A stretch of 64,000 bases of DNA from Bacilli bacterium (GTDB lineage Bacteria; Bacillota_I; Bacilli_A; RFN20; CAG-826). The notes beneath the pieces were generated by a model that was given only the letters and a program-made list of their open reading frames with translations, was not told the DNA's origin and searched no databases. Where the stretch lies: assembly GCA_045601325.1 (NCBI GenBank), contig JAZRZI010000008.1:2961-66960 (forward strand), written 5' to 3'. This document shows, in pieces, positions 41,340 through 51,440 of the stretch (position 1 is its first letter; each line of letters begins with the position of its first letter). Made by a program: the position numbers and the translations under genes.

Positions 41340-43088
41340 TTATACTCTCCTTGACGCGACAATCGCGATATCGTTTAATTCTTTCATTCTCTTTTCGCTA
41401 ATAGGCATAACCATTTCGCTGCTAGGTCCATTAGTATCACTAGACACTAAGTTAATACCAGATTGGATAATGATATCCACGAAATGTCTAGTCGGTATGT
41501 CGGTAACAATAATCGGTTTATTGTATCTTTGTAAGCTAGCAATAATGCTGTAATAAGAATGGGTAATAGAATTCATTCTTTCTTTAGTCTTAATATTTAC
41601 TGCTTTGACCACAAAGTAATCAAACTCATTATTTATTTTACTGTCCAATAATAATGTTTTGTCGCTTATAGAAAGCGCCAAACCATAACCAAGATTATGC
41701 AACTCTTTTAATTTATTTACAACCAAATCTATCTCAGAAGCGTTATCGCAAACTTCCTGTTCATCAAATAAGAGGATTAAATCAATCTTATTGACAGTTT
41801 GAATTTGTGATAATACATTAGCGATATGGTCGGTAGCAAACATACTTGCTTCCACAAACAAAGATGCTCCATTTGTTCTATCGCTAGCACTGAATACAGG
41901 GACAATTTGACGTTCAATATAGTCCAGTAATTCTCTGCTTCTTCCATATTTAGAAGAGTATTTCATAATTTCATTGAAGTTATTAAAAATAACTTTTGAA
42001 CCATTAACATATGAGAAATATCCTAAAATACGTTTATTAAAGCAATCAACGATAGGTCTATATGTAATAGAAAGGTGTCCACCTTCTAAAATAGCATCGA
42101 TATTTTGAATGTAATTTTCACTTTGAAGTACGACTCTAGATGATTTATCAAATAGGAAGTAATCGCAATCAGTCAATTGTTGAGCATGAATGCTAACTTG
42201 TTCTGCTTTTTCTAATAAACTATTAAAATCATGGTAATATTGAGCGTTTTGGACAATGCCAACACCAAAGTGAATAGAGCTACCATTGGAATCTTTTCTA
42301 AGTTCTTTCTTAATAGCATCCACTATCGAAATAGCTAATTGAACAGCTTCATCACTGGATGCAATTTGCATATCAAATAAAACGAGTTCATTAGTGTTAA
42401 CCTCAAGAATCTTTCTATTTGCTCTTTTATGAGTGGCGAAAGAACAAATTGTGTATTTTAAACGAGTGTATAAATATTGTTCGGCAACATCGGTGACTGT
42501 AACTCTATTTCCTAAATAGGAAAAACGAATTGCAAATGTATATCCTTTTATGGACTTCATGGTGTCAAATTCGGATGAAATATCACTTCTTGAAACAATA
42601 CCCATATCGGATTTATTAGTTTTCTTTTTAGTTTCATAGTTTGAAATAGATGCTATGTGTTCACTTTGAAGAATAATCTTTCCGGTAAGCTTATCGTAGT
42701 TAACTACTTTTAATAAAGTACGCGTAGAATTCTTTCTGTTGTCATTTAAAACGTCAATTTCAAGGAAAGGAGAAACTTCGTTATTAGAAATCTTATCAAC
42801 CCATTCCTTAAGTTTTGTAACTTGAGATTCCACTGCTAAAGCGTAGAAGGAAGTTAAAGACATAGTTTGTTTGTTAGCTAGATCAGACAAGCTAAAAGTA
42901 GTAACTGAATTTTCTCGTTTATCAATGATGAAAATAGAATAACTTCTATTCTTAACAGAAACACTTTTGTTTTTTCTTCTTTCTAAACCACTACCAACAC
43001 CAAAAGATACAATCATTCCGAGTATGAAAAGAACCACCAATAAGGTAACAATAGCTAGGGTAAGAAATACAGGGTTAGTAAAATCCAT
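41340..43088 (-). CDS. Membrane-anchored protein with degenerate GGDEF-like and EAL-like domains (both catalytic signatures lost)
   Basis: N-terminal TM. The EAL-domain core YRPIVDC...ILGYFSYV is recognisable with EAL replaced by FSY and DDFG replaced by SISD. The GGDEF tail SIHFGVGIV is present, but the signature position reads NELVLF. Confidence 0.5.
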   Translation of the reverse strand: MDFTNPVFLTLAIVTLLVVLFILGMIVSFGVGSGLERRKNKSVSVKNRSYSIFIIDKRENSVTTFSLSDLANKQTMSLTSFYALAVESQVTKLKEWVDKISNNEVSPFLEIDVLNDNRKNSTRTLLKVVNYDKLTGKIILQSEHIASISNYETKKKTNKSDMGIVSRSDISSEFDTMKSIKGYTFAIRFSYLGNRVTVTDVAEQYLYTRLKYTICSFATHKRANRKILEVNTNELVLFDMQIASSDEAVQLAISIVDAIKKELRKDSNGSSIHFGVGIVQNAQYYHDFNSLLEKAEQVSIHAQQLTDCDYFLFDKSSRVVLQSENYIQNIDAILEGGHLSITYRPIVDCFNKRILGYFSYVNGSKVIFNNFNEIMKYSSKYGRSRELLDYIERQIVPVFSASDRTNGASLFVEASMFATDHIANVLSQIQTVNKIDLILLFDEQEVCDNASEIDLVVNKLKELHNLGYGLALSISDKTLLLDSKINNEFDYFVVKAVNIKTKERMNSITHSYYSIIASLQRYNKPIIVTDIPTRHFVDIIIQSGINLVSSDTNGPSSEMVMPISEKRMKELNDIAIVASRRV

Positions 43089-43149
43089 ACCTCGATATTA
43101 TAAATTATTCAAATAAATTTGACTATAAAAAGTCTAATTTACAATTTAA

Positions 43150-43190
43150 TTGTCTATAAAAATATAGGAGTCGTGGTATAATACTTAAGG
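43150..43190 (+). promoter_or_regulatory. Putative sigma-70 promoter for tRNA-Ser(CGA), with an extended -10 TGgTATAAT
   Basis: tcgTGGTATAATac lies ~10 nt upstream of the mature tRNA 5' end. Confidence 0.35.
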
Positions 43191-43194
43191 TTTT

Positions 43195-43287
43195 GGAGAA
43201 GTACCCAAGTGGTTGAAGGGGGCAGTTTCGAAAACTGCTAGGGGGCAATTGAGTCTCGCATGGGTCCGAATCCCATCCTCTCCGCCA
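43195..43287 (+). tRNA. tRNA-Ser (anticodon CGA), long variable arm
   Basis: GGAGAAG...anticodon stem GCAGT/ACTGC with loop TTCGAAA, a long variable arm, T-arm ATGGG/CCCAT, encoded CCA. Confidence 0.8.
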
Positions 43288-43299
43288 ATTTTTTATTGT

Positions 43300-43592
43300 T
43301 ATATTTTAAAAAAATATGATAATCTAATTTAGTAAAGCTACGAAGGAAACAAGTACACTATTCCTCTGCTAGATAGAGATGACTCGGTTGGTGAAAGAGT
43401 TATAGCAAGAATTTGTGGAATACATTCTGGAGCTGCTTCCTGAAATTAAGTAGGGATAGACGGGTTAGCCCGATATAGCTAGATGTGCACTGCACACACT
43501 AAGGAATAACTCGTGAGGGTTATTTAAAATGAGGTGGTAACACGATACATTCGTCCTCTGTAAAGAGGACTTTTTATATTTTTAGGAGGGAA
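43300..43592 (+). promoter_or_regulatory. T-box riboswitch leader (Tyr specifier) controlling tyrS
   Basis: A UAC specifier candidate in AAGUACAC; the conserved T-box sequence aaTGAGGTGGtAACACG; a terminator cgtcctct-gtaa-agaggac followed by TTTTT, just upstream of the RBS aggaggg. Confidence 0.7.
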
Positions 43593-43596
43593 AAAT

Positions 43597-44814
43597 ATGG
43601 GCATTTATGAAGATCTTCAAGAAAGAGGTTTAATCGCTCAAGTTACCGATGAGAACGAAATTAAGGAATTAGTTAATAACGGAAAAGCTGTTTTCTATAT
43701 TGGCTTTGATCCAACCGCTGATAGTTTGCATGTTGGTCACTTTATGACATTAGTGTTGATGAAGAGATTACAAATGGCAGGCAATAGACCAATTGCTTTA
43801 TTAGGCGGTGGAACTGGTATGGTTGGTGACCCATCAGGTAGAACAGATATGAGAAAAATGTTAACTATTGAAGACATTGATCACAACTGTGACTGTTTTA
43901 AAAAGCAAATGGAAAAATTCATAGAATTCGGTCCAGGCAAAGCCATGATTATTAACAATGCTGAATGGTTAAGAAACCTTAACTATATTGATTTATTAAG
44001 AGACGTAGGTGCACATTTCTCAGTTAACAAAATGTTAACTGCTGAATGCTATAAGCAAAGAATGGAAAGAGGCTTATCCTTCTTAGAATTCAACTATATG
44101 ATTATGCAAAGCTATGACTTCTATTATTTGCATGAACATTATGGATGCAATATGGAATTCGGTGGCGATGACCAATGGAGTAATATGCTTGGTGGCACCG
44201 AATTAATTAGAAAGAAAACCGGCAAAGATGCATATGCATTAACAATTACTCTTTTATTAAATAGCGAAGGAAAGAAAATGGGCAAAACCGCTTCAGGTGC
44301 AGTTTGGTTAGATCCAAATAAAACATCTCCATTTGAATTCTTCCAATACTGGAGAAATGTTGATGACGGCGATGTGATTAAATGTATGAAACTTTTGACA
44401 TTTATTCCTATCCAAGAAATCAAGGAAATGGAAAGCTGGCCAGATAATAGAATTAACGAAAAGAAAGAGATTCTCGCATTTGAATTGACAAAGTTAGTTC
44501 ACGGTGAAGAAGAAGCTGCAAAAGCTAAAGTAGCAGCAAGAGCATTATTCTCTGGAGAAGGTGATGATAGCAATATGCCAACAACCGAACTCGAAAATGT
44601 TCCCGAAGAAGGAATTCAATTATTGAATATCATGGTCACTGCTGAATTAACTACATCTAGAGGTGAAGGAAGAAGACTCATTGAACAAGGTGGAGTTTCT
44701 GTTAATGGAGAAAAAATAAATAATCCAAATATCACAATTTCTAAAGCTCAATTAATGGAAGGAATTAAGATTAAAAAAGGTAAAAAAGTCTTCCACAAAG
44801 TTATTGCAAAATAG
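43597..44814 (+). CDS. tyrS: Tyrosyl-tRNA synthetase
   Basis: HIGH motif (HVGH), KMSKS (KMGKT), and a C-terminal S4-like domain. Confidence 0.9.
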   Translation: MGIYEDLQERGLIAQVTDENEIKELVNNGKAVFYIGFDPTADSLHVGHFMTLVLMKRLQMAGNRPIALLGGGTGMVGDPSGRTDMRKMLTIEDIDHNCDCFKKQMEKFIEFGPGKAMIINNAEWLRNLNYIDLLRDVGAHFSVNKMLTAECYKQRMERGLSFLEFNYMIMQSYDFYYLHEHYGCNMEFGGDDQWSNMLGGTELIRKKTGKDAYALTITLLLNSEGKKMGKTASGAVWLDPNKTSPFEFFQYWRNVDDGDVIKCMKLLTFIPIQEIKEMESWPDNRINEKKEILAFELTKLVHGEEEAAKAKVAARALFSGEGDDSNMPTTELENVPEEGIQLLNIMVTAELTTSRGEGRRLIEQGGVSVNGEKINNPNITISKAQLMEGIKIKKGKKVFHKVIAK

Positions 44815-44829
44815 TTTAATAGCAAACAA

Positions 44830-44857
44830 AAAAGAGCACTTTGTGCTCTTTTATTTT
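44830..44857. terminator. Bidirectional rho-independent terminator after tyrS
   Basis: agagcac-ttt-gtgctct followed by TTTT. Confidence 0.65.
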
Positions 44858-44870
44858 ACATTATTATAGG

Positions 44871-45923
44871 TTAATTAATTGGTTTGATAAAGAAACTACC
44901 ATACACCTGCACCAAAGATGTGACAGAAATGAATGAGTGACTATCAACTTTCCTTGCTAATTCAACAACTTTCTTAACTTCATTAGAAGAAACAATCATC
45001 CAAAAGACGAATTGTTCTCTACCAGAATAAACACCATTACCATGCGCCATTGTAGCACCGTGAGGGAAATTGGAAATCAAGATTTCGCCCATATCTGAAT
45101 GTGTTGTAATGATTTCAACTCTAAGTTTTTTATTTCTTAAGTTAATAAGGTCGACGACAACATTAACAATGATTAAATAAACTAATGAAAATAACATTGG
45201 ACCAACAGCAGCGCCCCAGTTACCACCATTATCAACAGCTAGAAGAATAGAATAAATAGCGATAATAACAGCATTAACGGCGACACCAAATTTGCCAACA
45301 GAAGTAGACTTTTTATTAGAAATATAGTAGGTTATAATATCAATTCCGCCACATGAGAATTCTGCCTTATATGTGATTGCACTAGATAGGCCTATTATTA
45401 CGCCACCAAATAAGCCGCGTAAAAAAGGCATTGAACCAATAGCAGTTGAAAGATCAACTACCTCATTCACAGTACGTGAACCTGTTGCGAGTAAATTGTA
45501 CATAAAGCCATTTTCGCCACCAAGCATTTGAGGCACTAAAACTAAGAACAACGAAGAAGCTCCAACATTGATAGCTGTTTGGATTGAAAAACGTTTGCCA
45601 ATTTTAAAGAAAGCAAAAACTAATAAAGGTAAATTAAAACAAACATAACCAATAGCGGTAAGTACGTTATCAGGAATTGTTCCACCAAAAATATGAACAA
45701 CCAAAGCAAGAACTTGAGATAAACCAGATACACCACCAGTTGCAAACTTCATCGTAGAGAATGGTTCATTAGGCAAAACGAAAAGAGTAAAGCCAACAGC
45801 AAATATAATTGCTCCTAATACTGCAATAAAAAATCCTTTAACTTCATAAAGAATTTTTTTGAGAATATAATGATCATAGAAGAAGTTATTTATTTTTCTT
45901 TTGTAACGTTGAATTTTTCTCAT
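44871..45923 (-). CDS. YitT-family (DUF161/DUF2179) integral membrane protein
   Basis: Polytopic N-terminus and a C-terminal DUF2179-like soluble domain. The start is uncertain (ATG at 45923, or TTG at 45965). Confidence 0.5.
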   Translation of the reverse strand: MRKIQRYKRKINNFFYDHYILKKILYEVKGFFIAVLGAIIFAVGFTLFVLPNEPFSTMKFATGGVSGLSQVLALVVHIFGGTIPDNVLTAIGYVCFNLPLLVFAFFKIGKRFSIQTAINVGASSLFLVLVPQMLGGENGFMYNLLATGSRTVNEVVDLSTAIGSMPFLRGLFGGVIIGLSSAITYKAEFSCGGIDIITYYISNKKSTSVGKFGVAVNAVIIAIYSILLAVDNGGNWGAAVGPMLFSLVYLIIVNVVVDLINLRNKKLRVEIITTHSDMGEILISNFPHGATMAHGNGVYSGREQFVFWMIVSSNEVKKVVELARKVDSHSFISVTSLVQVYGSFFIKPIN

Positions 45924-46123
45924 ATTGACAAGCAATATTGTAGTAGGAGTCAAGTCAAAAAACAATATATATTATATTTATAATATTTTTTGGTAAAATA
46001 TAGACGTTATGGCATATTGGCTATTTGCCTAATACATGTTTGTTATACAAATATGTTATTGCATTAAAAAATGCTTAGTGTTAATATATTTAGCGCTATA
46101 TGTATATATAGGAGGTTACTACT

Positions 46124-46942
46124 ATGGTCGTATTAAAAGCAATCGGAAGATTCTTCGCCAAGATTGGTCGTTGGATCAGAGACACAGCATGGGTTCAACC
46201 ATTATTAATTGTTGGCGGTATCTTTGCAATTATCTTCTCTATCCCACCAATTACAAAAGCTATCAAAAACGCTAATAAAGAAAGCGATGCTGCATTAGCA
46301 TATTACAAGAAAAATGCATTAAGCTGGAAAGGCGTCGAAAAAGATGGCGTTAGCTGTGATGTTGAAAAATTATTTGCTTATCTTGAAAACCCTGATGATC
46401 CAAATAATAAAACATACGCTAATAAATTTGGTCGTAAATTCTTTGTGAACTTTGTCCAAGAAGGCTGCACAGGCTGCAAATCAAACTACTATGGTTTCAA
46501 AACAGCACAAGACAACTGGGGCAAATCTGAATTTGCATTCGAGGGCGAAAAAGAAGCATTCAAATCTTACAGCATCTTTATTGATGCAGAAGATGATGAC
46601 GATGAAATTTGCTTCACAAAATACATTTCTGGTAACAAAGCAAGTGCTGAATACAATGACATCTTCCAAGATGCAAGTGATATTCAAACTCCATATAAGG
46701 ACAACGTAGGCGGTGGAGATTCATATTATGAATCATTATTCTCAGAAGAAAATACATTCCAATCTCCAACATGCTTCTTAGTTGACTTAGATGGTCCTGG
46801 TTATACATCTACATTCGGTATCTCTGAAATCTTCTTCGAATTCAGCGGAAAAAATGGAGATAGCACAGCATGGGGCAAAGCAAGAACAGTTTGGGATTGT
46901 TGGAACCACCAAGGTATCTTCTCAGTTGATTACAAAAAATAA
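46124..46942 (+). CDS. Membrane-anchored extracytoplasmic thioredoxin-like CxxC protein
   Basis: N-terminal TM, followed by FFVNFVQEGCTGCK (a thioredoxin-fold CxxC context). Confidence 0.45.
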   Translation: MVVLKAIGRFFAKIGRWIRDTAWVQPLLIVGGIFAIIFSIPPITKAIKNANKESDAALAYYKKNALSWKGVEKDGVSCDVEKLFAYLENPDDPNNKTYANKFGRKFFVNFVQEGCTGCKSNYYGFKTAQDNWGKSEFAFEGEKEAFKSYSIFIDAEDDDDEICFTKYISGNKASAEYNDIFQDASDIQTPYKDNVGGGDSYYESLFSEENTFQSPTCFLVDLDGPGYTSTFGISEIFFEFSGKNGDSTAWGKARTVWDCWNHQGIFSVDYKK

Positions 46943-46951
46943 AAACTAAAT

Positions 46952-46976
46952 AACCGTCACTTTGACGGTTTTTTAT
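46952..46976 (+). terminator. Rho-independent terminator
   Basis: accgtca-ctt-tgacggt followed by TTTTT. Confidence 0.65.
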
Positions 46977-46980
46977 TATT

Positions 46981-47688
46981 ATGAAATACTTTAAATACAC
47001 TTTTGATAACAATGTTATTGCGCTTACCACCACTACAGAAATTGGTAACATGGCTTTTCAAGTCGGCAATAATCCAAGTGATGTAATTACCAATAGAACT
47101 AAGGTTTTAAACGATTTATCTATTGATAAAAATCATTTAGTTTTTGTCCACCAAACTCATAGTGATGTAATAAAAGAAGTTACTATTAAGGATTTAGGAA
47201 AAGGCTCAAACGACTTTGTTAGTGGTGTTGAAGCTGATGCTTTATATACAAAGGAAAAAGGAATTGCATTAGCAATATTCCATGCAGATTGTGTTCCACT
47301 ATTCTTTTATGATCCTACTGTTCCTCTTATAGGAATTATTCATGCTGGCTATATAGGAACTATTAAAAAGATTACTTACAAAGCATTAAAGGAAGTTATC
47401 GAAAAGGAACATTTAAACCCAGATAATATTCAAGTATATGCTGGTCCACATAGAAGAAAGGAATCATTCTTCGTTGGCGAAGAACAAAAAGAAGAAATAT
47501 TGTCCGCAAATTGTTTATACGAGGATGGATATTTCGATGCAACTAATAGTAACATCAACTTCGTGCGCGCATGCGATATAAATAATATTAAAGATATACA
47601 AATAGATACAGTTAAGGACATAAATTGCTTTTCAGCATATAAAAAGACACCAGTCGGTAGAATGGCGTCCATTATTCTTTTAAAGTAA
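46981..47688 (+). CDS. pgeF: Peptidoglycan editing factor PgeF (YfiH/DUF152 laccase-domain protein)
   Basis: HQTHSDV, HADCVP and HAG motifs. Confidence 0.8.
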   Translation: MKYFKYTFDNNVIALTTTTEIGNMAFQVGNNPSDVITNRTKVLNDLSIDKNHLVFVHQTHSDVIKEVTIKDLGKGSNDFVSGVEADALYTKEKGIALAIFHADCVPLFFYDPTVPLIGIIHAGYIGTIKKITYKALKEVIEKEHLNPDNIQVYAGPHRRKESFFVGEEQKEEILSANCLYEDGYFDATNSNINFVRACDINNIKDIQIDTVKDINCFSAYKKTPVGRMASIILLK

Positions 47689-47692
47689 CAAG

Positions 47693-48160
47693 TTACTTAT
47701 TTAATCTTTTAAGTACACTACTAGGAACTAAAGCTGAGACATCAACTCCGTTTTTTGCCATCTCAATAATTGTGCTAGAAGATATAAATGATTTTTCTAG
47801 TTTAGACATGAGAAACACTGTATCGATATCATGGTCAACATAATCGTTTGCAGAGGCAAGTTGGAATTCATAATCGAAATCAGTGACAGCTCTTAAGCCT
47901 CTAATTAAATATCTAGAGTTATGGGCTTTAGCGTATTCAACTGTCAATCCAGAATAAGAATCGACCTCAACATTTTTCAAATCGCTAACGGCTTCTTTTA
48001 TCATATCAACTCTATCTATGATAGAGAATCTGCCTTTCTTATCAGCGTTTACCGCAACTAAAACGATGACTTTATCAAATACGCCTAATGCTCTTTTAAT
48101 GATATCTAAATGACCATTTGTGATTGGGTCAAAACTACCTGCATATATTCCAACTTTCAT
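47693..48160 (-). CDS. coaD: Phosphopantetheine adenylyltransferase
   Basis: GSFDPITNGHLDII motif. Confidence 0.9.
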   Translation of the reverse strand: MKVGIYAGSFDPITNGHLDIIKRALGVFDKVIVLVAVNADKKGRFSIIDRVDMIKEAVSDLKNVEVDSYSGLTVEYAKAHNSRYLIRGLRAVTDFDYEFQLASANDYVDHDIDTVFLMSKLEKSFISSSTIIEMAKNGVDVSALVPSSVLKRLNK

Positions 48161-48162
48161 CA

Positions 48163-48711
48163 TTATTGCCTCCATAATATGGAGACAAAAATTTCCCCAT
48201 ATTTATAATCTTTTCTCTTTTTGAACAAATCATTATCAAATTCTAAATAATGATCTGACTCGGTCACTATTATAGCATTATCTTTTAAAAGATTCTTTGA
48301 TAACGCTAAGTTAATAACATCCTCATATTTACCTTCTTTATATGGAGGGTCCATAAATAAGATGTCAACTTTTACATTTTTGTTAGATAATGTCTCTATA
48401 GCAGAAACATCTGACATAGAAAAGACAAACGCATTTTCGTTTGTTATTTTTAAATTGTTGATATTGTTTTTAATTGTTTTTAATGCAATAGGATTAATAT
48501 CTACAAAGTATGATTTTAAGCAGCCCCTAGAAATGGCTTCAATTCCAAACGCTCCGCTTCCTGAATATAAATCTAAGAATACTAACCCATCTATATCACC
48601 AAGAGCGTTAAAAATAGATTCTCTAATCCTATCTTTAGTGGGTCTAATATGGCTTGTATCATCAGGCCATTCTAGTAATCTATGTCTATAAATTCCACCA
48701 ATAACTCGCAT
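48163..48711 (-). CDS. rsmD: 16S rRNA (guanine966-N2)-methyltransferase RsmD
   Basis: DLYSGSGAFGIEAISRG and FMDPPY motifs. Confidence 0.85.
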   Translation of the reverse strand: MRVIGGIYRHRLLEWPDDTSHIRPTKDRIRESIFNALGDIDGLVFLDLYSGSGAFGIEAISRGCLKSYFVDINPIALKTIKNNINNLKITNENAFVFSMSDVSAIETLSNKNVKVDILFMDPPYKEGKYEDVINLALSKNLLKDNAIIVTESDHYLEFDNDLFKKRKDYKYGEIFVSILWRQ

Positions 48712-48712
48712 A

Positions 48713-49075
48713 CTACTTAACCTTATCACAAAGTTTAGGCATAAAAGGATAAAAAATTAATCTATTAATTTCCTCATATAAATCTTTAACTTCCTTATAC
48801 GCTGATAAATATTCTTTTACTAGTGGATGATTCATAAGTTTTTCTTTAGCTAAAGACAACTCTTTAGTGGCAGAAATGGCTTCCTTAGAATCGCTTTTAA
48901 ATAATCTAGTCATATCTTCATAATGATCTACTGCTCTATCTTTTTGATAAGAAAGAGTCATTACTTCTTCGTCATTATTTAATTTTGTTTCTAAATTATT
49001 AAGTAAAATAACCCTTGGATCATTATCTATTTCTTTTTTTAAACGATACGCTAATTCGGTAATTTTTGTTTCCAT
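48713..49075 (-). CDS. YlbF/YmcA-family (UPF0342) protein
   Basis: ~120 aa helical protein at the position of ylbF upstream of rsmD-coaD. The Met at 49075 is the likely start. Confidence 0.5.
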   Translation of the reverse strand: METKITELAYRLKKEIDNDPRVILLNNLETKLNNDEEVMTLSYQKDRAVDHYEDMTRLFKSDSKEAISATKELSLAKEKLMNHPLVKEYLSAYKEVKDLYEEINRLIFYPFMPKLCDKVK

Positions 49076-49134
49076 GTTCTTATTATAAAATATTTTTATC
49101 TCAATATATATCACTTTGTGATAAGATAAAATAT

Positions 49135-49680
49135 ATGAAATTAAAAATAGTAAAAGACCATAATCCAATAATGAGAAAAGTGAGTGCTCCTATGGCTCTC
49201 CCTCTTTCTAATGAAGATAAAGATTTATTAGACTCAATGCTCAATTATATTAAGATGTCTCAAGATGAAGAATATGCAAAAAAGCATAACGTGAGACCAG
49301 GTGTTGGCCTTGCTGCTATTCAAGTTGGGCAACTTAAAAAAGCGTTTGTTGTATATCTTAAATACGAAGATGGAACGGAATTCGCTCACCAAGTTGTTAA
49401 TCCAAGAATTATTGAAACATCTTTTAGAAAAGCAGCACTTTCTGGTGGAGAAGGTTGCTTATCCGTAGATAAAGACCATCCAGGTCTAGTTCACCGTTAC
49501 TATAAAGTTAAAATGGAATGCTACGATGCTTTAACTAATGAAAACATCGTTATCAGCGCGAGCGGATATGAAGCAATCATTTTACAACATGAATATGATC
49601 ATTTAGATGGAAAATTCTATTATGACCGTATCGACAAGAACAATCCTAATAAGCAATTATTAGGTGAAGAAATTATTTAA
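49135..49680 (+). CDS. def: Peptide deformylase
   Basis: GVGLAAIQVG, EGCLS and QHEYDHLDG motifs. The ATG at 49135 is the likely start. Confidence 0.9.
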   Translation: MKLKIVKDHNPIMRKVSAPMALPLSNEDKDLLDSMLNYIKMSQDEEYAKKHNVRPGVGLAAIQVGQLKKAFVVYLKYEDGTEFAHQVVNPRIIETSFRKAALSGGEGCLSVDKDHPGLVHRYYKVKMECYDALTNENIVISASGYEAIILQHEYDHLDGKFYYDRIDKNNPNKQLLGEEII

Positions 49681-49766
49681 TTTTAAATAATACTTTATTT
49701 TTTATTATAGTGTGTTATCATACATACAACTAAATTGACATAACATAATGGCTATGGAGGTTTTAA

Positions 49767-51440
49767 ATGGTAAGAAGTAGTTCGATGCCTGTTTCTATCT
49801 ATGCTTTAGGTGGTTTAGGCGAAGTTGGAAAAAACACTTATTGTGTTGAAAATGAAGAAACTTTAATTATTTTAGATGCTGGCGTGCGTTTCCCAGGAGT
49901 TGAATTCCCAGGAATTGACTATATCGTTCCTGATTATACGCACCTCAAAAACAATAGAAATAAGATTAAAGCACTTTTCATTACGCACGGACACGAAGAC
50001 CACATCGGAGGCATTCCTTTCTTATTACAGCACGTTCATATACCTGTTATTTACGCACCAAGATTGGCAGCTGCTTTAATTAAAAACAGATTAGAAGAAA
50101 ATAAAATGCAAGATAGAACTATTATCGTTGAGTACGATGAAAACTCTATTGTTAGCGTAGATTCATTCAAAGTTTCATTCTTTAGAGTAACACACTCAAT
50201 ACCTGATTCATTTGGTATTGTTGTTGATACTACCGAAGGTAGAATTGTTTCTACAGGTGATTTTAAAGTTGACTTAACGCCTGTTGGACCAGATATCGCT
50301 ATTACTCGTATGGCAGAATTAGGAAAAGAAGGCGTTGATTTAATGCTTAGTGATTCCACTAATGCTGAAAATGAAGGCTATACACCTAGTGAAAAGAATG
50401 TTTACGATTCTATTAATGATGTAATTGAAAATGCTGCTGGAAGAATTATTGTTTCTACATTCTCAAGTAACATTTCTCGTATTCAACAAGTTTGCGAATG
50501 CGCTGTTAAACATAATAGAAAGATTACCATAGTAGGAAGAAGCATGGAAAAAGCAGTGCAAATTTCAAGAAGCTTCGGATATATCAAAGTACCTGATTCA
50601 TCTTTCTTCCCAACAAGTGATATTAGATTATATAGAAACAGCGAAATTTTAATTCTTTGTACTGGTTCTCAAGGCGAACCAATGGCAGCTTTAAGCAGAA
50701 TCGCAAACGGAGAACATAAAGACATTCATATTATTCCGGGAGATACTGTTGTTTTCTCAAGCTCTGCTATTCCAGGTAACGGAATAATGATTGAACACGT
50801 TGTTGATACGTTATCTAGATCTGGTGCAGAAGTAGTTACAAACTCTATTTTAAGCGATATTCACTCATCTGGTCACCCTGCAAAACAAGAATTAAGACTT
50901 GTCTTAAAATTATTAAAACCTAAATACTTTATGCCTATGCATGGTGAATATAGAATGTTAAGAATTCACGCTGAACTAGCTACAACTGTGGGATTAGAAA
51001 AAGAAAATACTTTCGTACTCGATAACGGTGATTGCTTAACACTTTCAAGACATAAAGTCACATTAGATTATCCAGTTGAACACGGTAATACATACATTGA
51101 TGGAAAAGACATTAATGGTTTAGCAGCCACGGTTATGCAAGATAGAAAAATTCTTACTGATGATGGTATGGTTGCAATAACTGTATCTTTGAACACAAAA
51201 ACCAATGAAATAATTACTGTTCCACAATTATTCTTAAAAGGCGTTATTAGCCAAGAAAACAAAAAGATGTCTGAAAAAATAATTGCCGAAATAGAAAAAA
51301 CATTAAAAGCAAAATTACAAACTAGGACAAACTTTACAGAATTAAAAATGATCATGAAAAAGATTGCTGGCGATCTTATTTACGAAAGAACAAATCGTAA
51401 GCCAATGATCATTCCTGTAATTATGGCTAAAAATTCATGA
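49767..51440 (+). CDS. rnj: Ribonuclease J
   Basis: Metallo-beta-lactamase HGHEDHIGG motif, a beta-CASP region and a C-terminal domain. 557 aa. Confidence 0.9.
   Translation: MVRSSSMPVSIYALGGLGEVGKNTYCVENEETLIILDAGVRFPGVEFPGIDYIVPDYTHLKNNRNKIKALFITHGHEDHIGGIPFLLQHVHIPVIYAPRLAAALIKNRLEENKMQDRTIIVEYDENSIVSVDSFKVSFFRVTHSIPDSFGIVVDTTEGRIVSTGDFKVDLTPVGPDIAITRMAELGKEGVDLMLSDSTNAENEGYTPSEKNVYDSINDVIENAAGRIIVSTFSSNISRIQQVCECAVKHNRKITIVGRSMEKAVQISRSFGYIKVPDSSFFPTSDIRLYRNSEILILCTGSQGEPMAALSRIANGEHKDIHIIPGDTVVFSSSAIPGNGIMIEHVVDTLSRSGAEVVTNSILSDIHSSGHPAKQELRLVLKLLKPKYFMPMHGEYRMLRIHAELATTVGLEKENTFVLDNGDCLTLSRHKVTLDYPVEHGNTYIDGKDINGLAATVMQDRKILTDDGMVAITVSLNTKTNEIITVPQLFLKGVISQENKKMSEKIIAEIEKTLKAKLQTRTNFTELKMIMKKIAGDLIYERTNRKPMIIPVIMAKNS

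Noticed and set aside
45966-46123. The 158-nt AT-rich intergenic region considered for a small RNA.
   Set aside because: It has no conserved structure or terminator and looks like a promoter region for the 46124 gene (a -10-like tataat plus the RBS aggagg).
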